Shown: positions 45,953 through 53,972, counted from the stretch's first letter. The stretch is 61,667 nucleotides of DNA from Candidatus Sabulitectum sp. (GCA_036743055.1 DAINQE010000008.1:5058-66724), one strand, 5' to 3'. Notes: generated by a model not told the origin, from the sequence alone. Program-made: numbers and translations.

Positions 45953-46684
45953 ATGGGGTACAACCTTCTTCTTCTCACAGCGGGAATCGTTGCCGGTTTC
46001 ATGAACGTCACCGCCGGCGGCGGTTCCCTCATTACCCTTCCCCTTCTCATACTCACAGGTATGGATCCTGTCACTGCCAACGGAACCAACAGGGTGGCGG
46101 TCCTGGTCCAGAACCTCCTGGCCGCCGGCAACTTCAGAAGAAGCGGAAGAAGGAACCTCAGAACGGGCATTCTTCTGGGGCTTGCTGCGGTTCCCGGGGC
46201 GGTTGCCGGAGCTTTCACCGCCCTCTCGCTCCCCGACCCTGTCTTCAAAGGAATACTCGCCGGAGCCATAGTCCTGGGGCTCTCGGTAGTGGTCTTCCAC
46301 CACCCGAGAAGGTGCTGCGGCACGGTTCTCAGAAGGAAATGGCTCCAGGCGGGCATCTTCCTTTTCATAGGTTTCTACGGAGGGCTCATACAGGCGGGAA
46401 CAGGTTACCTCATCATTTTCAGCCTCACGCTGCTGGGGGGGCTAGACCTCGCCACCACCAACAGCATCAAGGTGATCATAATCGCGGTCTATCTCATACC
46501 TTCCATAGCGGTATTCGCCTGGCAGGGCAACGTTGACGTGGTTCCCGGGCTTTTCATGGCCGCTGGGAACGGAATCGGCGGTGTGCTGGGCAGCAGTTTC
46601 AGCCACAGGGCCAACCCGAAGTGGATAAAGATGATTCTCGCCATTGCGCTGCTGGCCATGGCGGCGAAACTCATAAGCGGCTAG
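45953..46684 (+). CDS. Sulfite exporter TauE/SafE family membrane protein
   Basis: ...AGIVAGFMNVTAGGGSLITLPLLILTGMDPVTANGTNRV... is the hallmark TauE motif. 243 aa, about 8 TM helices. Confidence 0.88.
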   Translation: MGYNLLLLTAGIVAGFMNVTAGGGSLITLPLLILTGMDPVTANGTNRVAVLVQNLLAAGNFRRSGRRNLRTGILLGLAAVPGAVAGAFTALSLPDPVFKGILAGAIVLGLSVVVFHHPRRCCGTVLRRKWLQAGIFLFIGFYGGLIQAGTGYLIIFSLTLLGGLDLATTNSIKVIIIAVYLIPSIAVFAWQGNVDVVPGLFMAAGNGIGGVLGSSFSHRANPKWIKMILAIALLAMAAKLISG

Positions 46685-47127
46685 TCGGTTCTCCTGGTTC
46701 CGGTCATCGGGTCGCCTTCCAGGACCTTGCTCATAACGAAAATGTCATCACGCAGGTGCCAGCCGGCCTTCCTGTAGAACTCCACGGCGGGGTTGTCGGT
46801 GAATATGAAGAGGTGAACCTTCTCAATTCCGGCTCTCAGCAGGGCTTCCTCGCACCTCTCCATCAGCATCCTGCCAAGGCCCCTGCCCTGCAGTTCAGCG
46901 GAAACGGCCAGGTGGTATATGTATCCGCGCCTGGTATCATGACCCGCCATTACCGACCCAGCCAGGCATCCGCCGGAGAACGCGGTGAAGCAGAAGTCGC
47001 CGTTGGCATTCAGGAAGGAGGTGAAGTTCTCCTCCGAGTCAGCGCCGGTGATGGCGTTGCCGGGAAAAGACCTCCACAACTCAAGGAGCCTTCCGTAGTG
47101 GGCCTTCTCCATGGGCACTATTTCCAT
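46681..47127 (-). CDS. GNAT family N-acetyltransferase
   Basis: ...YIYHLAVSAELQGRGLGRMLMERCEEAL... acetyl-CoA binding motif (Q/RxxGxG/A). Confidence 0.85.
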   Translation of the reverse strand: MEIVPMEKAHYGRLLELWRSFPGNAITGADSEENFTSFLNANGDFCFTAFSGGCLAGSVMAGHDTRRGYIYHLAVSAELQGRGLGRMLMERCEEALLRAGIEKVHLFIFTDNPAVEFYRKAGWHLRDDIFVMSKVLEGDPMTGTRRTD

Positions 47128-47582
47128 GAAAGCCTCTCCCTGTATATACCCGGCGAGCTGTGGGGGATCACCGTTGCCCCGCAGGCCTTCTCAAAGAACT
47201 CCCCCGGGCCTGCGTCACCTATCACGGCGTAGCCGTAGCCCGAGGCTTCCATGGCGTTCAGTACGGAAACCACCAGGGCCCTGCCCATACCTTTCCCCCT
47301 GTGCTCTTCCTTCACTCCCACCGGCCCCAGGAACCCCTTAGCCGTGCAGTCCCAGGCGCAGAAACCCGCAGGGGTCATGGAGCCGGTGTGCACAGCTATG
47401 AGAACCGTGGCAGGCACCCGTGAGATCCCGGGCTCGATCTCCGACGCCCATCCCGGGCTGAACACCCGCTCCACCCATTCCGTCAGGCGGGAACCCTCAC
47501 TGGCCATGGGCCTGCGCAGGGTGTAGCCCGGAGGTATGACAAGCTCCCTTGGTCCGTAAAGTTTCGCGAGGAGGTCAGCCAT
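47118..47582 (-). CDS. GNAT family N-acetyltransferase
   Basis: ...LGPVGVKEEHRGKGMGRALVVSVLNAM... motif A; overlaps both neighbouring genes. Confidence 0.8.
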   Translation of the reverse strand: MADLLAKLYGPRELVIPPGYTLRRPMASEGSRLTEWVERVFSPGWASEIEPGISRVPATVLIAVHTGSMTPAGFCAWDCTAKGFLGPVGVKEEHRGKGMGRALVVSVLNAMEASGYGYAVIGDAGPGEFFEKACGATVIPHSSPGIYRERLSWK

Positions 47583-48762
47583 TGTCCGGAAGGCTGAGAA
47601 GGTCCTTCAGGAACATCAGCGATTCGTTCCCGGTTATGGCGCTTAGTATGCTGAGAACAATGCTGAAAACGATAATGGTCATCACCACCGCTTTGCATGC
47701 GTCCTGCCCCTTTATCGAGCCGAGCTGCTTCGGTTCCCTTCCCAGGTAGGCGCTGGCGGCGTAGAGTTCCTCGCCGATAAGGGTGTAGTCGCAGGTGGTT
47801 ATGAAGAATGGAAGCTGGGTCACCGCGTCGGTCCCGGCGATCTGTATAGCGCCTGAAAGGGAACCGGTTTCGGCCAGTATCAGGGATTCGGCCCAGAACA
47901 TCCCCAGGTAGAAGTTCGTGGCGGGCCTGTCCCTCATCATGATTCCGTTGACTCCGGCAACATAAGCGAACTGGGCATCGGTAAGGAAGAAAACGCCGTC
48001 CTTGTCGAAAGCATCCGGCCTGCCGGCTTCCAGGTAGGCCTGGCGCACGGTTTCCTCCGCCACCGTATAAACTATCGGATCGCAGTTCGGCACCAGCAGG
48101 GGCGTCTGGTACTCCGCCACCTTTTTCGCCACCCTTCCCAGGATGGTCAGGCTTGCAATGGTGGCAACGTCGCTTATGGTGGAAAGCCCCGGAACGTAGA
48201 GTATGGGCTTCCCCATCTCGGTGGCCCTGCCGATGGCCTCGTCTATTGCCTCTATCCCTGCAATGGGCCTCAAATAGAGGTCGACCCCCTTCTTAGCCCG
48301 GTGGAAGTAGTAGAGGATAAGGGCGATGAAGATCACGCAGCCCACCAGTACCGGAACCTCATCACTGTTGAACCATTCCCCCCTGGCGATCTCAGCCCCG
48401 GTGAAGACCCCGCTGTACAGGGAGTCCCCATCCATGGTGAAGGTAATGGTCCTGTATTCGTATGCGGTCATGGGCTCGATGGGAAAGTCGGGATCGTATC
48501 CGTCCTCAAGCACCGGAGTTTCCAGTGGAAGGGCTTCCGCAAGCACGGTCTGCCAGGTGTCATCACCGGCATCCCTCCGCTGAACGAGAAGGGCCCCTGC
48601 GTCGGCGGGGCAGTCAGTGGCGCCGGAAACCTCCACCAGGAGGGTGGTACCCGCGTCGTTCGGAGCGTTGTAAACTCCGACTATCTCAGGAACCGAAATC
48701 AAAGCCAGCAGCATCATGGCCAGGGTGAACAAGCCGGACCTCCTGTTATGGGTTATGTTCAA
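47575..48762 (-). CDS. Conserved-looking membrane protein of unknown function
   Basis: 395 aa. N-terminal signal/anchor, an about 130-aa extracytoplasmic domain, a TM helix, a soluble domain (...IAGIEAIDEAIGRATEMGKPILYVPGL...) and C-terminal TM helices. I suspect a DUF family but cannot name it reliably. Confidence 0.6.
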   Translation of the reverse strand: MNITHNRRSGLFTLAMMLLALISVPEIVGVYNAPNDAGTTLLVEVSGATDCPADAGALLVQRRDAGDDTWQTVLAEALPLETPVLEDGYDPDFPIEPMTAYEYRTITFTMDGDSLYSGVFTGAEIARGEWFNSDEVPVLVGCVIFIALILYYFHRAKKGVDLYLRPIAGIEAIDEAIGRATEMGKPILYVPGLSTISDVATIASLTILGRVAKKVAEYQTPLLVPNCDPIVYTVAEETVRQAYLEAGRPDAFDKDGVFFLTDAQFAYVAGVNGIMMRDRPATNFYLGMFWAESLILAETGSLSGAIQIAGTDAVTQLPFFITTCDYTLIGEELYAASAYLGREPKQLGSIKGQDACKAVVMTIIVFSIVLSILSAITGNESLMFLKDLLSLPDNG

Positions 48763-48803
48763 TTATTGCATGAACCGAAGGTAAGGTACAGAGGAGGCGA
48801 TCC

Positions 48804-49136
48804 ATGAGATCACTGATCGCTGCGGCTGCGATCCTGATGACCGCTGGATGCGGCTTCAAAGGCAACAGGGTAATGGTAACCAACGACACCGATGAGGCCA
48901 TAAGCGGTATCACCGTTTCGGTCTGCGACAGCGTGTGGAGCATTGAGAGCCTTCCCCCGGGGGAAACGGTGGTCTTCAAGGTGGTCTATGACAGGGACGA
49001 CCATTTCAGGGTAAGCTCCCCGGAACTGAACGGAGACTTCGGGTACGTTACCCATGGCATAACCGGGGAGGAAACCGAGATTACCTTCAGAGAGGACAGG
49101 ATCGACTTCAGGCAGTCGGGAAGCGACTTGTACTGA
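48804..49136 (+). CDS. Small lipoprotein
   Basis: MRSLIAAAAILMTAGC lipobox; 110 aa. Confidence 0.6.
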   Translation: MRSLIAAAAILMTAGCGFKGNRVMVTNDTDEAISGITVSVCDSVWSIESLPPGETVVFKVVYDRDDHFRVSSPELNGDFGYVTHGITGEETEITFREDRIDFRQSGSDLY

Positions 49137-49199
49137 CCGTTTCGCAAAACCACAGAAACAGTATATTACCCCCTCGAAAAAAAACCGAAGGGAGGTGAG

Positions 49200-50378
49200 A
49201 TGAACACCCATTGCCCCTGCCCCAACACAGGATGCAGAAGATACGGCAACTGCGAAGCGTGCCGCGAGTTCCACGCAAGCGTGAACTCGCCGGAGTACTG
49301 CAGGCAGACCAGCCGCGTTTCTCCCCAGGCTTCCGGAGGCATCAACCTCATGGATTACGCCGCCTGCGCCGGTTGAGCCGGTAAGATGCCCCCCGGCAGG
49401 TTGTCGGGAATACTGGAGAGGCTGCCATCGGTGAAGAGCCCCGACCTGATCGTGGGAATGGACACCATGGATGACGCAGGGGTGTACCGTCTCTCCGACG
49501 ATTCGGCGCTCGTTCAGACGGTGGACTTCTTCGCGCCTGTGGTGGCGGATCCCCGCACCTTTGGACGAATAGCCGCAGCCAACTCAATGTCGGACATCTG
49601 GGCAATGGGAGGCAAAGCGATAACCGCCATGAACCTCCTCTGCTTCCCGGGAAGCAAACTGGGGCCGGAAGTGGTTGCGGAGATACTCACCGGATCAAGC
49701 GAGAAGCTGGTTGAAGCCGGAGTGGTGCTTGTGGGTGGGCACACCGCCCAGCAGGACGAAGTGCTCTTCGGCCTCAGCGTAACCGGCGTCATCCACCCGG
49801 AACTCGCCAAGATGAACTCGAAGGCCAGGCCGGGAGACGCACTGGTACTCACCAAGCCCCTGGGAGTAGGTATCCTCACCACCGCCAACAAAGCCTGCCC
49901 CCTGGAACCTCGGATAATGGGCCCGGTGATCTCCTCAATGGAGAGGCTGAACATGTACGCCAGCGTTGTTCTCAACGGCTACGACGTAAGCTCCATGACG
50001 GACATCACGGGGTTCGGCCTTCTTGGGCATTCCCTGGCATTCGCCCGGTCGGCGGGAGTCAGGCTTCAGTTCTACCTGAGCCAGGTGCCGGTATTCCCAG
50101 GAACGGTGGAACTCACCGAGAGGTTCTTCCCCGGAGGTTCCGCCCAGAACAGGAAGTACGTGGGCGAAAACGTATACGTCCATCCGGACATAGGATCCAT
50201 AAGGTCAGACATACTCTTCGACGCCCAGACCTCAGGAGGCCTCCTTGCGGCGGTGAGGGCGGATCAGGCGGAAGAGATCATCGAAGCCTTGAGGGAAGCC
50301 GGCGATGAGAACGCCGCAATAGTGGGATCCGTACAAAGAAGGGAAACCGGGGAGCCTCCCCTTACCCTTCTTCCGTAA
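49200..50378 (+). CDS. selD: Selenide, water dikinase (selenophosphate synthetase) SelD, selenocysteine-containing (in-frame TGA at 49374-49376), with Cys-rich N-terminal extension
   Basis: The same frame is open from ATG 49200 (GGAGGTGAG RBS) through the TGA into the track ORF 49386-50378. ...GGINLMDYAACAG-U-AGKMPPGRLSGIL aligns with E. coli [25 protein letters not shown], so TGA sits on Cys17 and K on Lys20. Downstream are the AIRS-type motifs DDAGVY, VDFFAPVVADPRTFGRIAAANSMSDIWAMGG. Confidence 0.85.
49392..49408 (+). other. Candidate bacterial SECIS apical hairpin
   Basis: CCCGGC-AGGUU-GUCGGG (6 bp including one G-U pair, 5-nt loop containing GGU) begins 15 nt after the UGA. An alternative lower pairing is GCCGG(49377-81)/CCGGC(49393-97). 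Confidence 0.4.
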
Positions 50379-51417
50379 AAAGCCTTATGTGCTCCAAGGC
50401 ACAATCCACAATGGAATAGCTCCTGGAACGGACGGCTCCCGCCCTGCCCGTACCAATCGCCATGGAAGGGTCCAGCAGAAGCGACCGCAGCGCTTTGGCC
50501 ATGGCCGAAGTGTCGGAAGGATCCACAAGTATCCCTGCATCAGAACCCACCACCTCGCTGAGCCCGGGAACGTCGGATGCCACAACGGGCAGCCCTGAGG
50601 CCATTGCCTCCACCGCGGCGATGCCGAAACCCTCCCAGGAAGAGGGCATGAAGAAGATGTCCGACCGCTTCATCAGTTCAGGCAGGTCATCGACGTAACC
50701 AGTAAACACGACGGTACCAGCGGCAACGAGGTCGGATGCCCGGGCACGAAGCTCCTCCAGCAGCGGCCCTTCCCCGGCTACGGTCCACACGAATGGAAGG
50801 GTGTGTTCATCTGCGAGCTTCCTCACCGCTTCCAGAGCTCTGAAGAGGTTCTTTGCCTGGGCTATCCTTCCGGCGGACAGTATCACAGGCGGTTCATGGA
50901 AGCCGTTCCTTACAACTGGCGGGAACCTGTCCAGGAACACACCGTTGCTGATGACCTTTGTCCTGCCCTGAAGGAATGGTTTCCATGAGACCAGGGCTTC
51001 TTCAACAGCCGGGCTTATGCAAACCACCTTTCTGTAGGGAGCGTATGTGAAACGGTCCAGCAGCCTTCCTCTGAGGGTTCCCCGCCTTCTGTTCCAGGTG
51101 CTGTGTTCCGTTGCGAAGATGGCCCCGGAGTAACCGCGGCGGCGCAGTGCGAAAGGTACCGTGAGCAGCGCCGGGAACAGGTGAACATGCACCGCATCGA
51201 TCCGCCCCCCGGGCATCAGGGCGCTTGCCTTTGAAGCCGCCAGCGGATGGTATGGTGAGGAAAGACCGGTTGAGTGGATCCCCTTCCCGGAAGCAGGTCC
51301 CGAGAGGGCGATCACCATGGAATCGTGGCCCATGTCCGTATATGTCCGGTGCAGGTCCAGCACCAGTCTTTCAGCTCCGCCGCCCACTGCGGCGTTGACT
51401 ATCTGAACGATTCTCAA
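50362..51417 (-). CDS. Glycosyltransferase family 4
   Basis: N-terminal RIVQIVNAAVGGGAERLVLDL and C-terminal EGFGIAAVEAMASGLPVVASDVPGLSEVV (GT4 E-x7-E region). Start proposed at the TTG at 51417 after an AGGGGGA RBS. Confidence 0.85.
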   Translation of the reverse strand: MRIVQIVNAAVGGGAERLVLDLHRTYTDMGHDSMVIALSGPASGKGIHSTGLSSPYHPLAASKASALMPGGRIDAVHVHLFPALLTVPFALRRRGYSGAIFATEHSTWNRRRGTLRGRLLDRFTYAPYRKVVCISPAVEEALVSWKPFLQGRTKVISNGVFLDRFPPVVRNGFHEPPVILSAGRIAQAKNLFRALEAVRKLADEHTLPFVWTVAGEGPLLEELRARASDLVAAGTVVFTGYVDDLPELMKRSDIFFMPSSWEGFGIAAVEAMASGLPVVASDVPGLSEVVGSDAGILVDPSDTSAMAKALRSLLLDPSMAIGTGRAGAVRSRSYSIVDCALEHIRLFTEEG

Positions 51418-51472
51418 TACAGTCCCCCTGATGGAAGATATTGTCACACCGAATATAACCGGAAGGAACGCC

Positions 51473-51874
51473 ATGACCGACGAGAAGGCTCTTCAGAAGG
51501 AGATCAGCCAGTATCACAGCGAAAAGGAATCAGTAAGAAAGATACTGGGTGAGATAGGCGGCAGCACCACGAAGAGGAAGGAAACAATCATCAACATCAC
51601 CTTCGCCGTGCTCGTGGTGCTGTTCTTCTCCTTCGACGTGATGCGCCACGCCCTGCACACGGAGATAGACTTCATCCCTGAGCTCTTCAGCGTGGAGATA
51701 GCCCTTCTGCTGGTATCCATGAAGATAATCTGGATGATCCACCGCCAGCAGAAGGTGGAGCACTACCAGTTCTGGATACTGAACACCATCGAGTTCCAGA
51801 TGAACTCCACCGCCGCCAGGGTGCGGAAGATCGAGAAGCTGCTGAAGGAAGACGAAAGGGAGCGGGGCAAATGA
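51473..51874 (+). CDS. Hypothetical two-TM membrane protein
   Basis: MTDEKALQKEISQYHSEKE... then TM helices (IINITFAVLVVLFFSF, FSVEIALLLVSMKIIWMI) and a charged C-terminus. GGAAGGA RBS. Confidence 0.5.
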   Translation: MTDEKALQKEISQYHSEKESVRKILGEIGGSTTKRKETIINITFAVLVVLFFSFDVMRHALHTEIDFIPELFSVEIALLLVSMKIIWMIHRQQKVEHYQFWILNTIEFQMNSTAARVRKIEKLLKEDERERGK

Positions 51875-51903
51875 TCCGTTGATGGCTGGCGGTTCCTTAC
51901 CCC

Positions 51904-51928
51904 GTGGTGGATACTTTTCGAACCCGTC
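51904..51928. repeat. Degenerate copy of the tRNA-Phe 3' end (possible att remnant)
   Basis: GTGGTG...TCGAACCCGTC here compares with GTGGTG...TCGAACC-GTC at 53972-54000 (the tRNA acceptor/T-arm), in the same order and orientation, with 5 nt less between the blocks. Confidence 0.35.
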
Positions 51929-52005
51929 AAGGTCATTAGATCCTATCAGGAAGCATCATTCCTGAGTTGAGATCAAAGTGTTCTTCAACTCGGAATAATC
52001 TTTCA

Positions 52006-53292
52006 CTATTTAAACGGGAGTACTTTTTCAGTTCCTATCCCAGCAGCTTGACGGAACGAGTTCCGGAGATTTCTTGTCTGCCTTCTCATAGTGGGGAGTA
52101 CTCGTTGCTGAACAGATTCCTCCATTCTTAATCGAGGTAGCCCCGAATCTAGAACAGTCGACAAAATTTCTGCCATAGTAAGAACAAAACCTCGTAACCA
52201 CTTAGGCGATAGACCACAATCCTCAGCCAGCAAATCAAACTGGCGTGGACCTACGCGTCCAGGATCGAAAGTAGAACCTATACTCATCGCCATCTCTTTA
52301 TCGAGATTGGTATAACTACGAGTGCACACCAAATCATAAAAAGGCGCAAGTTCAACTTTGCCATCAGGGTAAAACAGAAGGGAAGCATTCTTTGCATGCG
52401 CATCTGAATTGCCAATTAAGGTGTTAAAGACTAGCCATCGCAGAAGCTGATCTCGCTCTATTACGGGCTCTGTGCAAACTCGATCAACCAACTGGAGGCA
52501 ATCCCTGAACGATGGACCTCCCTCAGATTCGTACTTTTTAAAGTACGGGAATCCAAGTGCTTGGCACATGTCTTCCTGATGCATTCGTCGAATGTTCTCT
52601 ACAGAATCAATGTATCTGTCGTAACGAGAGACCATGCAGGTCTCAATATCGCGAACCTTGAAAATCCAGGCATCAACGGTTCGTATTCCTATGTGTTTGG
52701 CTAAGCTAACGGTAAATACTTCGTTTGCCGGAAGGTCTCTGTAATCGCTACTAGGAAATTTCATTATGTGAGTAGAAGGGCAACCATTTTGAGGGAGGAG
52801 TACTTCATCTCCATTTAAACGTATAGGCAACTTGTCCTGTGCCCCAGCAAGAGAAAGCCGCGCTTTTTTCTTTCCAAGAACTGACGAAAACACATTCCCA
52901 TCTGTAATTCTTTGATACAATTCGTCTTGCTGAATGACCGTGTAGACCTGTTCCTCTTGAGATACTGGTTTTCCTTCACCTATCCAAAGCGCTCCTGCGC
53001 ATTCGCCACCAATTCGAGCAAGCAACTCAAAATCGTTGTCAAGGGATACACCAAGTGACTGAGCAATACTCTTACGAACTAAACCCTCAGGCAGAAGATT
53101 GGTAAAAAACGAGTGTGCTATCTCTGGTGTGTATAGTATCTCTCTGCACGGCATTGTAATAGAAATAGGGAAAGCTTTCGGATTACCTAACCATGAAAAT
53201 GAGTACTGGAACGACATCCTATTCATTGTATCAGCAGTGATAAGTCCTACTTCGAAATTCTCGAAGTACACACTCAACGTCTTATCTGTCAT
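52006..53292 (-). CDS. hipA: Type II toxin HipA family serine/threonine kinase
   Basis: N-terminal coupling domain (...FFTNLLPEG..., LSLAGAQDKLP), catalytic core MHQEDMCQALG...KYESEGGPSF and NSDAHAKNASLLF. Confidence 0.92.
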   Translation of the reverse strand: MTDKTLSVYFENFEVGLITADTMNRMSFQYSFSWLGNPKAFPISITMPCREILYTPEIAHSFFTNLLPEGLVRKSIAQSLGVSLDNDFELLARIGGECAGALWIGEGKPVSQEEQVYTVIQQDELYQRITDGNVFSSVLGKKKARLSLAGAQDKLPIRLNGDEVLLPQNGCPSTHIMKFPSSDYRDLPANEVFTVSLAKHIGIRTVDAWIFKVRDIETCMVSRYDRYIDSVENIRRMHQEDMCQALGFPYFKKYESEGGPSFRDCLQLVDRVCTEPVIERDQLLRWLVFNTLIGNSDAHAKNASLLFYPDGKVELAPFYDLVCTRSYTNLDKEMAMSIGSTFDPGRVGPRQFDLLAEDCGLSPKWLRGFVLTMAEILSTVLDSGLPRLRMEESVQQRVLPTMRRQTRNLRNSFRQAAGIGTEKVLPFK

Positions 53293-53293
53293 T

Positions 53294-53563
53294 TCAGTTA
53301 TCCTTCATCTGTAACCTAGATCGTGACATCACTATAAGTTCGAGACCAAGGCTATTGGCAACACGCAAGGCCTTTCCCATTTCGATTGTATTCTTTCCTC
53401 GTTCCAGCTCAGAAAGATACCTTGGTCCAATTCCTGACAGTCCAGCGACATGTTTAAGAGTTAATCCAAGCATTTTACGCTTCCTTCTAATCTTCTCCCC
53501 AAACTCCTTTACACTTGTAACATGTCCGTAGGCGCTATCATTGCTATTATCAAGCATACTCAA
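53294..53563 (-). CDS. hipB: XRE-family HTH antitoxin (HipB-like)
   Basis: FGEKIRRKRKMLGLTLKHVAGLSGIGPRYLSELERGKNTIEMGKALRVANSLGLEL is a Cro/C1 HTH. Its stop lies 1 nt before the hipA ATG. Confidence 0.88.
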   Translation of the reverse strand: MSMLDNSNDSAYGHVTSVKEFGEKIRRKRKMLGLTLKHVAGLSGIGPRYLSELERGKNTIEMGKALRVANSLGLELIVMSRSRLQMKDN

Positions 53564-53616
53564 TCACCACCTTTCCCCGAGCAATTTTTCACTTAATTGG
53601 CAGTACATTATAGACT

Positions 53617-53733
53617 TATCCCGTACGGGAATATATGGAGCAAAGTAATAGAATGCAAGCGGAATATTCCCGTACGGTATGATATGCTAATTTCGATACT
53701 CCGATCCACTAATTTTTCCCGTACGGGAATATC
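53617..53733 (-). promoter_or_regulatory. Three palindromic operator sites (TTCCCGTACGGGAA core) upstream of hipB
   Basis: Cores are centred at 53624.5, 53673.5 and 53722.5, exactly 49 bp apart: TATCCCGTACGGGAATA, ATTCCCGTACGGTAT (1 mismatch), TTTCCCGTACGGGAATA. Confidence 0.6.
53630..53658 (-). promoter_or_regulatory. Putative hipBA promoter TTGCAT-17 nt-TATATT
   Basis: Minus strand reads TTGCAT TCTATTACTTTGCTCCA TATATT, immediately followed by operator copy 1. Confidence 0.45.
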
Positions 53734-53972
53734 TCTATGCGGAAAATATATCCTAGGGCAATATCTTTAATGAGTTCTCATTATTAATTATTCAGTTTAC
53801 AATTTACTACCCCGTAGTGGACGCATTCGGAACCTTTTACTGCGGCACCCCGAAGTGAATTCGAACAGCCAGGCCTGATACTGGCTAAGGCACCATTAAT
53901 TGAGTAGTTGTGGATTTTGATTGACAAACTTGCGGGCGGCCTGGGGGTATGACCACTTCGGGGAAAAAGAAG

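Larger units (their letters stand above)
51904..53972. mobile_element. About 2 kb low-GC genomic islet (hipBA cargo) inserted at the 3' end of tRNA-Phe; no integrase remains
   Basis: Hand counts of 60-nt lines give about 42-47% GC inside against about 60% outside. Bounded by the tRNA 3' end and a partial repeat of it. It holds only a toxin-antitoxin pair and its control region. Confidence 0.45.

Noticed and set aside
51904-51928. Possibility that the tRNA-like fragment is a second functional tRNA
   Set aside because: Only the T-loop (GGTTCGA) and an acceptor-like CACCAC are recognisable; no D arm or anticodon arm can be folded.
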